In this document: in pieces, positions 9,202 through 18,447 of the stretch
Numbering within the stretch: the stretch's first letter is position 1
How the letters are laid out: each line of letters begins with the position of its first letter
Virus record (IMG/VR): IMGVR_UViG_2526164628_000008
Direction: 5' to 3' (one strand)
DNA from: a virus
Lineage: Duplodnaviria; Heunggongvirae; Uroviricota; Caudoviricetes
Length of the DNA: 29,070 bases
Translations under genes and position numbers: made by a program
The notes under the pieces: generated by a model
Databases searched by the model: none
What the model was told of the DNA's origin: nothing
What the model saw: only the letters and a program-made list of their open reading frames with translations

Positions 9202-9483
9202 ATGACAGCAGAAGAAAAAAGCGTCCTGTCGCTTTTCATGATTGGGGTGCTGATTGTTGTCGGCAAGGTGCTTGCCGGTGGTGAACCCATCACCCCGCGT
9301 CTGTTTATCGGGCGCATGTTGCTCGGCGGTTTTGTCTCGATGGTTGCCGGTGTTGTTCTGGTGCAGTTTCCTGACCTGTCACTGCCTGCGGTGTGCGGCA
9401 TCGGTTCCATGCTGGGTATCGCCGGTTATCAGGTGATTGAGATTGCCATTCAGCGCCGCTTTAAGGGCAGGGGGAAACCGTAA
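9202..9483 (+). CDS. Y: holin Y (P2 gpY)
   Basis: 93 aa with hydrophobic transmembrane segments; immediately precedes the endolysin. Confidence 0.88.
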   Translation: MTAEEKSVLSLFMIGVLIVVGKVLAGGEPITPRLFIGRMLLGGFVSMVAGVVLVQFPDLSLPAVCGIGSMLGIAGYQVIEIAIQRRFKGRGKP

Positions 9484-9980
9484 TGCCGGTAATTAACACG
9501 CATCAGAATATCGCCGCCTTTCTCGACATGCTGGCCGTGTCCGAAGGGACGGCGAATCATCCGCTGACGAAAAACCGGGGCTATGACGTGATAGTCACCG
9601 GACTGGACGGAAAGCCGGAAATTTTCACCGACTACAGTGACCACCCGTTCGCGCATGGCCGACCGGCGAAGGTGTTTAACCGTCGCGGTGAAAAATCCAC
9701 GGCCTCCGGTCGCTATCAGCAGCTTTACCTGTTCTGGCCGCACTACCGCAAACAGCTTGCCCTGCCGGATTTCAGTCCGTTGTCACAGGACAGGCTCGCC
9801 ATTCAGTTGATCCGCGAACGCGGTGCACTGGATGACATCCGGGCGGGACGCATTGAGCGCGCCATTTCACGCTGTCGCAATATCTGGGCGTCCCTGCCGG
9901 GTGCCGGTTACGGTCAGCGTGAGCATTCACTGGAAAAACTGGTCACCGTCTGGCGTACCGCCGGCGGCGTACCGGCTTAA
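9483..9980 (+). CDS. K: endolysin K (P2 gpK)
   Basis: 165 aa, MPVINTHQNIAAFLDMLAVSEGT...; lysis cassette position. Confidence 0.9.
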   Translation: MPVINTHQNIAAFLDMLAVSEGTANHPLTKNRGYDVIVTGLDGKPEIFTDYSDHPFAHGRPAKVFNRRGEKSTASGRYQQLYLFWPHYRKQLALPDFSPLSQDRLAIQLIRERGALDDIRAGRIERAISRCRNIWASLPGAGYGQREHSLEKLVTVWRTAGGVPA

Positions 9981-9994
9981 ACGGAGTAAACACC

Positions 9995-10420
9995 ATGAAG
10001 AAATTATCCCTTTCACTGATGCTGAACGTGTCGCTGGCGCTGATGCTGGCACTGTCCCTGATTTACCCGCAGAGCGTGGCCGTCAGTTTTGTCGCCACCT
10101 GGGCGATTCTGGCGACGGTTATCTGTGTGGTTGCCGGTGGTGTCGGCGTGTATGCCACGGAGTATGTGCTGGAACGCTACGGGCGGGAGCTGCCGCCGGA
10201 ATCGCTGGCCGTGAAGATTGTCACGTCGCTGTTTTTGCAGCCGGTGCCGTGGCGCAGACGGGCGGCGGCTCTGGTGGTGATGGTGGCGACGTTTATCTCG
10301 CTGGTCGCTGCCGGGTGGATTTTTACCGCGCTGATTTATCTCGTGGCGTCGCTGTTTTTCCGGTTGATGCATACGGCCTGCCGCCAGCGTCTTGAGGGGC
10401 GGAAACCATGTCAAGGCTGA
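9995..10420 (+). CDS. lysA: lysis timing/membrane protein LysA
   Basis: 141 aa, strongly hydrophobic multi-pass membrane protein after K. Confidence 0.85.
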   Translation: MKKLSLSLMLNVSLALMLALSLIYPQSVAVSFVATWAILATVICVVAGGVGVYATEYVLERYGRELPPESLAVKIVTSLFLQPVPWRRRAAALVVMVATFISLVAAGWIFTALIYLVASLFFRLMHTACRQRLEGRKPCQG

Positions 10421-10851
10421 TGACTGTGCTGATTGTGTTGTTATCGCTGGCGGTGGCCGGTCTGTTTCTGGTGAAACACAAAAATGCCAGCCTGCGCGCC
10501 TCGCTGGACAGGGCGAACAATGTCGCCAGTGGGCAGCAGACGACCATCACCATGCTGAAAAATCAGCTTCATGTTGCACTCACCAGGGCAGACAAAAACG
10601 AGCTGGCGCAGGTGGCACTGCGTCAGGAACTGGAGAACGCCGCGAAGCGTGAAGCACAGCGCGAGAAAACCATCACGAGGTTACTCAATGAAAACGAAGA
10701 TTTTCGCCGCTGGTACGGTGCTGACCTGCCTGATGCTGTGCGCCGGTTGCACCAGCGCCCCGCCTGCACCGACGCCAGTGATTGTCCACAACGCCTGCCC
10801 GAAAGTGAGTCTTTGCCCGATGCCGGGCAGCGACCCGCAGACGAACGGTGA
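10408..10851 (+). CDS. lysB: LysB, Rz-like inner-membrane spanin subunit
   Basis: N-terminal transmembrane anchor followed by a charged coiled-coil-like region; contains the embedded lysC in the +1 frame. Exact start uncertain. Confidence 0.85.
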   Translation: MSRLMTVLIVLLSLAVAGLFLVKHKNASLRASLDRANNVASGQQTTITMLKNQLHVALTRADKNELAQVALRQELENAAKREAQREKTITRLLNENEDFRRWYGADLPDAVRRLHQRPACTDASDCPQRLPESESLPDAGQRPADER

Positions 10852-10978
10852 TTTAAGTGCCGATATCCGGCAGCTTGAGAACGCGCTGGCGCGCTGTGCC
10901 AGCCAGGTAAAAATGATTAAACACTGTCAGGACGAAAACGATGCTCAAACCCGACAGCCTGCGCAGGGCGCTGACTGA
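10688..10978 (+). CDS. lysC: LysC, Rz1-like outer-membrane lipoprotein spanin subunit
   Basis: 96 aa from MKTKIFAAGTVLTCLMLCAGC with lipobox LCAGC, proline-rich mature part; begins inside lysB in a different frame. Confidence 0.85.
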   Translation: MKTKIFAAGTVLTCLMLCAGCTSAPPAPTPVIVHNACPKVSLCPMPGSDPQTNGDLSADIRQLENALARCASQVKMIKHCQDENDAQTRQPAQGAD

Positions 10979-11408
10979 TGCCGTCACGGTGCTGAAAACT
11001 AACCCCGATATGCTGCGGATATTCGTGGATAACGGGAGTATTGCCTCCACACTGGCGGCGTCGCTGTCATTCGAAAAGCGTTACACGCTCAATGTGATTG
11101 TGACCGACTTTACCGGTGATTTTGACCTGCTCATTGTGCCGGTGCTGGCGTGGCTGCGGGAAAATCAGCCCGACATCATGACCACCGACGAAGGCCAGAA
11201 AAAGGGCTTCACGTTTTATGCAGACATCAACAATGACAGCAGCTTTGATATCAGTATCAGCCTGATGCTGACCGAGCGCACGCTGGTCAGTGAGGTGGAC
11301 GGCGCACTGCATGTGAAGAATATCCCGGAACCCCCGCCGCCGGAGCCGGTCACCCGCCCGATGGAGCTTTATATCAATGGCGAACTGGTGAGTAAGTGGG
11401 ATGAATGA
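10941..11408 (+). CDS. R: tail completion protein R (P2 gpR)
   Basis: 155 aa, position and sequence consistent with P2 R. Confidence 0.88.
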   Translation: MLKPDSLRRALTDAVTVLKTNPDMLRIFVDNGSIASTLAASLSFEKRYTLNVIVTDFTGDFDLLIVPVLAWLRENQPDIMTTDEGQKKGFTFYADINNDSSFDISISLMLTERTLVSEVDGALHVKNIPEPPPPEPVTRPMELYINGELVSKWDE

Positions 11409-11853
11409 GTTTAAGCGTTTTGAAGACCGGCTGACCGGGCTGATTGAATCGCTGTCACCGTCAGGGCGTCGGCGACTGAGCGCCGAACTGGCGAAACGTC
11501 TGCGTCAGAGTCAGCAGCGTCGGGTGATGGCACAGAAAGCCCCGGACGGCACCCCCTACGCGCCACGTCAGCAGCAGAGCGCCAGAAAAAAGACCGGTCG
11601 CGTTAAGCGAAAAATGTTTGCGAAACTTATCACCAGTCGTTTTTTGCATATCCGCGCCAGCCCGGAACAGGCATCAATGGAATTTTACGGCGGGAAGTCG
11701 CCGAAAATCGCCAGTGTGCATCAGTTCGGTCTGTCGGAAGAAACCCGGAAAGACGGTAAGAAAATTGATTATCCGGCGCGTCCTCTGCTCGGCTTTACCG
11801 GTGAGGATGTGCAGATGATTGAAGAGATTATCCTGGCTCACCTCGACCGTTAG
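11401..11853 (+). CDS. S: tail completion protein S (P2 gpS)
   Basis: 150 aa, overlaps the R stop; P2 order. Confidence 0.88.
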   Translation: MNEFKRFEDRLTGLIESLSPSGRRRLSAELAKRLRQSQQRRVMAQKAPDGTPYAPRQQQSARKKTGRVKRKMFAKLITSRFLHIRASPEQASMEFYGGKSPKIASVHQFGLSEETRKDGKKIDYPARPLLGFTGEDVQMIEEIILAHLDR

Positions 11854-11919
11854 TTGTGCCATTCCCGACACCTCATCGTCACATTGCCGCCGGTATGACC
11901 CGGCGGCATCCTTCCCGTT

Positions 11920-12555
11920 ATGAACACTCTCGCAAATATTCAGGAACTCGCGCGCGCACTGCGCAACATGATACGCACCGGCATTATCGTCGAAACCGAC
12001 CTTAACGCCGGTCGCTGCCGTGTGCAGACCGGCGGCATGTGCACCGACTGGCTTCAGTGGCTGACCCATCGCGCCGGACGTTCGCGCACGTGGTGGGCAC
12101 CTTCCGAGGGGGAACAGGTGCTGATTCTGGCCGTGGGCGGTGAACTCGACACAGCGTTCGTTCTGCCGGGGATTTATTCCGGTGATAACCCCGCGCCGTC
12201 TGCGTCGGCGGATGCCCTGCATATCCGTTTCCCTGACGGGGCGGTGATTGAGTATGAACCCGAAACCAGTGCACTCACGGTAAGCGGAATTAAAACGGCC
12301 AGCGTGACGGCTTCTGATTCTGTTACTGCCACGGTGCCGGTGGTCATGGTGAAAGCGTCAACCCGCATCACCCTGGACACCCCGGAGGTGGTCTGCACCA
12401 ACAGACTGATTACCGGCGCGCTGGAAGTGCAGAAGGGCGGGACGATGCGCGGCAACATTAAACATACCGGCGGTGAACTCTCATCAAACGGTAAGGTACT
12501 GCATACCCATAAACACCCCGGCGACAGCGGCGGCACAACCGGGAGTCCTCTATGA
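11920..12555 (+). CDS. V: baseplate spike protein V (P2 gpV)
   Basis: 211 aa, MNTLANIQELARALRNMIRTGIIVE... Confidence 0.9.
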   Translation: MNTLANIQELARALRNMIRTGIIVETDLNAGRCRVQTGGMCTDWLQWLTHRAGRSRTWWAPSEGEQVLILAVGGELDTAFVLPGIYSGDNPAPSASADALHIRFPDGAVIEYEPETSALTVSGIKTASVTASDSVTATVPVVMVKASTRITLDTPEVVCTNRLITGALEVQKGGTMRGNIKHTGGELSSNGKVLHTHKHPGDSGGTTGSPL

Positions 12556-12899
12556 CAGCGCGTTATCTTGGAATGAATCGCAGTGATGGCCTGACTGTCA
12601 CTGACCTTGAGCATATCAGCCAGAGTATCGGCGATATCCTGCGCACGCCGGTCGGCTCACGGGTGATGCGTCGTGATTACGGCTCATTGCTGGCGTCAAT
12701 GATTGACCAGCCGCAGACCCCGGCGCTTGAGTTACAGATTAAGGTCGCCTGTTACATGGCGGTGCTGAAATGGGAACCCCGCGTCACCCTGTCATCCGTC
12801 ACCACTGAGCGCAGTTTTGACGGGCGAATGACAGTTACGTTAACCGGCCAGCACAACGACACCGGCCAGCAACTTTCGTTAACCATCCCTGTGAGTTGA
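12552..12899 (+). CDS. W: baseplate protein W (P2 gpW)
   Basis: 115 aa, overlaps the V stop. Confidence 0.9.
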   Translation: MTARYLGMNRSDGLTVTDLEHISQSIGDILRTPVGSRVMRRDYGSLLASMIDQPQTPALELQIKVACYMAVLKWEPRVTLSSVTTERSFDGRMTVTLTGQHNDTGQQLSLTIPVS

Positions 12900-12903
12900 A
12901 ACC

Positions 12904-13812
12904 ATGCCGATTATCGACCTGAACCAGCTACCCGCACCGGATGTGGTCGAGGAGCTGGACTTTGAAACCATTCTTGCCGAACGCAAGGCGACACTGATTT
13001 CCCTTTACCCGGAAGACCAGCAGGAGGCGGTTGCCCGTACCCTGACGCTGGAATCCGAGCCTCTCGTCAAACTGCTGGAGGAAAATGCTTATCGTGAGCT
13101 TATCTGGCGTCAGCGTGTGAATGAGGCCGCACGGGCGGTAATGCTGGCCTGTGCCGCCGGTAATGACCTTGATGTGATTGGTGCCAATTACAACACCACA
13201 CGCCTGATTATCACCCCGGCAGATGATTCGACCATCCCGCCGACACCGGCAGTGATGGAATCTGACACCGATTATCGGCTGCGTATTCAGCAGGCGTTTG
13301 AAGGTTTAAGCGTCGCCGGGTCGGTGGGTGCCTATCAGTATCATGGCCGCAGTGCCGACGGGCGTGTCGCGGATATCTCTGTCACCAGTCCGTCTCCGGC
13401 CTGCGTCACTATCTCTGTGCTGTCACGTGAAAATAACGGTGTCGCATCCGAAGACCTGCTGGCGGTGGTGCGTAACGCCCTTAATGGCGAGGACGTCAGG
13501 CCGGTGGCCGACCGCGTGACCGTGCAGTCTGCCGCCATCGTTGAATACCAGATAAACGCCACGCTTTACCTTTACCCTGGTCCCGAAAGCGAACCCATAC
13601 GCGCTGCCGCCGTGAAAAAACTGGAAGCGTATATCACGGCACAGCACCGGCTGGGGCGCGATATCCGACTGTCTGCCATTTATGCCGCTTTGCATGTGGA
13701 AGGCGTGCAGCGTGTCGAACTGGCTGCACCGCTGGCCGATATCGTGCTTAACAGCACGCAGGCGTCTTTCTGTACCGAATACCGCGTCGTGACCGGAGGC
13801 TCGGATGAGTGA
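12904..13812 (+). CDS. J: baseplate protein J (P2 gpJ)
   Basis: 302 aa, position after W. Confidence 0.9.
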   Translation: MPIIDLNQLPAPDVVEELDFETILAERKATLISLYPEDQQEAVARTLTLESEPLVKLLEENAYRELIWRQRVNEAARAVMLACAAGNDLDVIGANYNTTRLIITPADDSTIPPTPAVMESDTDYRLRIQQAFEGLSVAGSVGAYQYHGRSADGRVADISVTSPSPACVTISVLSRENNGVASEDLLAVVRNALNGEDVRPVADRVTVQSAAIVEYQINATLYLYPGPESEPIRAAAVKKLEAYITAQHRLGRDIRLSAIYAALHVEGVQRVELAAPLADIVLNSTQASFCTEYRVVTGGSDE

Positions 13813-14335
13813 TTCGCGACTGCTGCCGACCGGCTCATCACCGCTTGAAGTCGCCGCCGCAAAAGCCTGTGCGGAAATTGAAAAAACGCCGGTCAGGATT
13901 CGTGAGCTGTGGAACCCGGACACCTGCCCGGCAAATTTGCTGCCGTGGCTGGCGTGGGCGTTTTCGGTCGACAGATGGGATGAAAAGTGGCCGGAAGCGA
14001 CAAAACGCGCCGTTATCCGCGATGCCTATTTCATCCACTGTCATAAAGGCACTATCGGCGCAATCCGGCGTGTGGTGGAGCCGCTCGGCTATCTCATCAA
14101 CGTGACGGAGTGGTGGGAAAACAGTGACCCGCCCGGCACCTTCCGGCTCGATATTGGTGTACTGGAAAGCGGTATCACAGAGGCAATGTATCAGGAAATG
14201 GAACGGCTGATTGCTGATGCCAAACCTGCAAGCCGTCACCTTATTGGTCTGAACATTACCCGGGACATTCCCGGCTACCTGTTCGCCGGTGGTGTGGCTT
14301 ATGACGGCGATGTAATTACGGTTTACCCCGGATAA
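13805..14335 (+). CDS. I: baseplate protein I (P2 gpI)
   Basis: 176 aa, overlaps the J stop. Confidence 0.9.
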   Translation: MSDSRLLPTGSSPLEVAAAKACAEIEKTPVRIRELWNPDTCPANLLPWLAWAFSVDRWDEKWPEATKRAVIRDAYFIHCHKGTIGAIRRVVEPLGYLINVTEWWENSDPPGTFRLDIGVLESGITEAMYQEMERLIADAKPASRHLIGLNITRDIPGYLFAGGVAYDGDVITVYPG

Positions 14336-14345
14336 GTGAGGAATA

Positions 14346-15538
14346 ATGAGCACAAAATTCAGAACCGTTATCACCACTGCCGGTGCAGCAAAGCTGGCAG
14401 CGGCAACCGCGCCGGGAGGGCGGAAGGTCAACATTACCACGATGGCCGTCGGGGATGGCGGTGGTAAATTGCCTGTCCCGGATGCCGGACAGACCGGGCT
14501 TATCCACGAAGTCTGGCGACATGCGCTGAACAAAATCAGCCAGGACAAACGAAACAGTAATTATATTATCGCAGAGCTGGTTATTCCGCCGGAGGTGGGC
14601 GGTTTCTGGATGCGTGAGCTTGGCCTGTACGATGATGCGGGAACGTTAATTGCCGTGGCGAACATGGCCGAAAGTTATAAGCCAGCTCTTGCCGAAGGCT
14701 CAGGGCGTTCGCAGACCTGCCGCATGGTCATCATCGTCAGCAGTGTGGCCTCAGTGGAGCTGACCATTGACACCACAACGGTGATGGCGACGCAGGATTA
14801 CGTTGATGACAAAATTGCAGAGCACGAACAGTCACGACGTCACCCGGACGCCTCGCTGACCGCAAAAGGTTTTACTCAGTTAAGCAGTGCGACCAACAGC
14901 ATGTCTGAAATGCTTGCCGCAACGCCAAAAGCCGTTAAGACGGTAATGGATGAAACGAACAAGAAAGCGCCATTAAACAGCCCTGTACTGACCGGAACGC
15001 CAACGACGCCAACTGCGCGACAGGGAACGAATAATACTCAGATCGCAAACACGGCTTTCGTTATGGCCGCGATTGCCGCCCTTGTAGACTCGTCGCCTGA
15101 CGCACTGAATACGCTGAACGAGCTGGCGGCGGCGCTGGGCAATGACCCGAATTTTGCTACCACCATGACTAATGCGCTTGCGGGTAAGCAACCGAAAGAT
15201 GCTACCCTGACGGCGCTGGCGGGGCTTGCTACTGCGGCAGACAGGTTTCCGTATTTTACGGGGAATGATGTTGCCAGCCTGGCAACCCTGACAAAAGTCG
15301 GGCGGGATATTCTGGCTAAATCGACCGTTGCCGCCGTTATCGAATATCTCGGTTTACAGGAAACGGTAAACCGAGCCGGGAACGCCGTGCAAAAAAATGG
15401 CGATACCTTGTCCGGTGGACTTACTTTTGAAAACGACTCAATCCTTGCCTGGATTCGAAATACTGACTGGGCGAAGATTGGATTTAAAAATGATGCCGAT
15501 GGTGACACTGATTCATTCATGTGGTTTGAAACGGGGGA
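14346..15538 (+). pseudogene. H: tail fibre protein H, 5' fragment (interrupted by IS2)
   Basis: N-terminal region MSTKFRTVITTAGAAKLAAATAPGG... is P2 H-like. The reading frame runs into the IS2 end at 15539 and continues as IS2-derived sequence to a stop at 15710. Confidence 0.88.
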
Positions 15539-15549
15539 TGGATTTGCCC

Positions 15550-16455
15550 CTATATTTCCAGACACCTGTTATCACTTAACCCATTACTGGCCTGCTGCCG
15601 CAGATATTCCCGTGGCGAGCGATAACCCAGTGCACTATGCGGATGCCATTCGTTATAATGCTCGAACGCCTCTGCAAGGTTCTTTGCTGCCGTTAACCCG
15701 TCTGGTTTAGGCATGATACTGATGTAGTCACGCTTTATCGTTTTCACGAAGCTCTCTGCTATGCCGTTACTCTCCGGACTCCGCACCGCCGTGTTCTTCG
15801 GTTCAAGCCCCAACATCCGGGCAAACTGCCGTGTTTCATTAGCCCGGTAGCATGAACCATTATCCGTCAGCCACTCTACTGGAGACGCCGGAAGCTCGTT
15901 GCCGAAGCGGCGTTCCACCGCTCCCAGCATTACGTCCTGTACTGTTTCACTGTCGAAGCCGCCCGTAGTGACTGCCCAGTGCAGTGCCTCACGGTCACAG
16001 CAGTCCAGCGCGAACGTGACTCGCAGTTTTTCTCCGTTATCACAGCGGAACTCGAACCCGTCAGAGCACCATCGTTGATTGCTTTCTTTCACGGCCACTT
16101 TGCCAGTATGTGCCCGTTTCGATGGCGGTACAGCGGTTTTTCGCTCAAGCAACAGCGCATTCTGGCGCATGATCCGGTAAACACGTTTGGCATTGATCGC
16201 AGGCATACCATCAAGTTCGGCCTGTCTGCGAAGCAGCGCCCATACCCGACGATAACCATACGTGGGCAGCTCTCCGATAACATGGTGTATACGGAGAAGC
16301 ACATCCGTATCATCTGAGTGACGGCTGCGGCGACCATCTTTCCAGTCATCGGTTCGTCTGAGAATTACGTGCAACTGCGCACGCGACACCCGGAGACAAC
16401 GGCTGACTAAGCTTACTCCCCATCCCCGGGCAATAAGGGCGCGTGCGCTATCCAC
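15550..16455 (-). CDS. insD: IS2 transposase OrfB (InsD)
   Basis: 301 aa, [30 protein letters not shown]...; integrase-core (DDE) transposase of IS2. Confidence 0.92.
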
Positions 16456-16778
16456 TTTTTTGCACGCCCGTATTCAACGGCTTCTTTAAGGAGTTCATTT
16501 TCCATCGTTTTTTTGCCGAGCAGGCGCTGGAGTTCTTTAATCTGCTTCATGGCAGCAGCAAGTTCAGAGGCAGGAACGACCTGCTCTCCTGCGGCCACAG
16601 CAGTAAGACTTCCCTCCTGGTATTGCTTGCGCCAGAGAAATAACTGGCTGGCTGCCACACCGTGTTGCCGGGCAACAAGGGAGACCGTCATTCCCGGTTC
16701 AAAACTCTGCTGAACAATAGCGATCTTTTCCTGTGTAGTACGCCGTCTGCGTTTCTCCGGTCCTAAGACATCAATCAT
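16413..16778 (-). CDS. insC: IS2 OrfA (InsC)
   Basis: 121 aa from [29 protein letters not shown]...; GGAG ribosome-binding site upstream. The ORF track's longer version starts outside a plausible start. Confidence 0.92.
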
Positions 16779-16874
16779 CTGCTCTCCAATGACTAGTCTA
16801 AAAACTAGTATTAAGACTATCACTTATTTAAGTGATATTGGTTGTCTGGAGATTCAGGGGGCCAGTCTAGGGGA

Positions 16875-17703
16875 TAACGGCAATGAATATTTCAAATGGA
16901 GAAGCCGCCAGAGTACTACAACAAAAGACCTGATGAATCTTAAATGGGATGCTTTGTATGTTCTTGTCAATGCCATTGTAAATGGCGAAGTCATATCAAA
17001 ATCAGCAAACGGCCTACGTATTGCTTATGGTAATTACGGATTCTTTATTCGTAATGATGGTTCAAATACATACTTCATGTTGACAAACTCCGGTGACAAC
17101 ATGGGGACTTATAACGGATTAAGGCCATTATGGATTAATAACGCTACTGGCGCTGTTTCGATGGGGCGTGGCCTTAATGTTTCAGGGGAGACGCTTTCAG
17201 ACCGTTTTGCTATTAACAGCAGTAATGGTATGTGGATTCAGATGCGCGATAACAACGCTATCTTTGGGAAAAATATAGTTAACACTGATAGCGCTCAGGC
17301 GTTGCTTCGCCAGAATCACGCTGACCGCAAGTTCATGATAGGTGGACTGGGGAACAAGCAATTTGGCATCTACATGATTAATAACTCAAGGACAGCCAAT
17401 GGCACCGATGGTCAGGCGTACATGGATAATAACGGTAACTGGCTTTGTGGCTCGCAAGTTATTCCCGGCAACTATGGCAATTTTGATTCCAGATATGTGA
17501 AAGATGTTCGACTTGGTTCACAGCAATATTATGGAGTTAACAACTGGCAAACATGGAATTTCCAGTGCCCGTCAGGTCATGTATTGTCTGGTATTAATGT
17601 TCAGGATACAGGGTCCAACTCTGCCGATAATATAGCGGGCGTTTATTACAGACCCGTTCAAAAGTATATAAATGGCACCTGGTATAATGTAGCGAGCGTT
17701 TAA
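16875..17703 (+). pseudogene. H: tail fibre protein H, 3' fragment (receptor-binding part, no own start)
   Basis: Removing IS2 and one GGGGA copy joins ...WFETGD to NGNEYFKW... in frame, giving a 673-aa H (P2 H is about 669 aa). Confidence 0.88.
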
Positions 17704-17704
17704 T

Positions 17705-18232
17705 ATGATGCACTTAAAGAACATAAAAGCGGGTAACGCTAAAACACTGGAACAGTATGAGTTAACAAAGAAACACGGAGTTATCTGGCTTTACTCTGAG
17801 GACGGAAAAAACTGGTATGAGGAAGTGAAGAACTTTCAGCCAGACACAATAAAGATTGTTTACGATGAAAATAATATTATTGTCGCTATCACCAGAGATG
17901 CTTCAACGCTTAATCCTGAAGGTTTTAGCGTTGTTGAGGTTCCTGATATTACCTCCAACCGACGTGCTGACGACTCAGGTAAATGGATGTTTAAGGATGG
18001 TGCTGTGGTTAAACGGATTTATACGGCAGATGAACAGCAACAACAGGCAGAATCACAAAAGGCAGCGTTACTTTCCGAAGCGGAAAGCGTTATTCAGCCA
18101 CTGGAACGCGCTGTCAGGCTGAATATGGCGACGGATGAGGAACGTGCACGACTGGAGTCATGGGAACGCTACAGCGTTCTGGTCAGCCGTGTGGATCCTG
18201 CAAATCCTGAATGGCCGGAAATGCCGCAATAA
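17705..18232 (+). CDS. G: tail fibre assembly chaperone G (P2 gpG)
   Basis: 175 aa immediately after H; [30 protein letters not shown]... Confidence 0.88.
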   Translation: MMHLKNIKAGNAKTLEQYELTKKHGVIWLYSEDGKNWYEEVKNFQPDTIKIVYDENNIIVAITRDASTLNPEGFSVVEVPDITSNRRADDSGKWMFKDGAVVKRIYTADEQQQQAESQKAALLSEAESVIQPLERAVRLNMATDEERARLESWERYSVLVSRVDPANPEWPEMPQ

Positions 18233-18266
18233 GTTGTATGAGCTCTAGTGTGGGCTTACATATCTA

Positions 18267-18308
18267 TGGCACAGAGTAAAGCCTAATCTGACAGTCCACT
18301 CTGTGCCA
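18267..18308. repeat. 11-bp perfect inverted repeat (TGGCACAGAGT / ACTCTGTGCCA) with 20-nt spacer
   Basis: Read directly in the G-to-cargo intergenic region; no following T-run, so not a canonical intrinsic terminator. Confidence 0.6.
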
Positions 18309-18447
18309 GAGGTGGGCATTGCTGATGTCATAAAATATTATGCCAGCAGCCGTCTTAGGGGAGTGTTTACATTTCAATGATCGGGTATGATCTCGGCATG
18401 TTAATGGTTTATTACTAAATGCTTGCGCCTATCTTTATGGAGGAGTA

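Larger units (their letters stand above)
15539..16869 (-). mobile_element. IS2, complete (1331 bp), inserted in gene H with 5-bp target site duplication GGGGA
   Basis: Ends TGGATTTGCCCCTATATTTCCAGACA (15539-) and the reverse complement of TAGACTGGCCCCCTGAATCTCCAGACAACC (-16869); identical GGGGA at 15534-15538 and 16870-16874; contains insC and insD. Confidence 0.93.

Noticed and set aside
13838-14548. 236-aa minus-strand ORF spanning I and the start of H
   Set aside because: Antisense to two well-supported P2 genes; no independent support.
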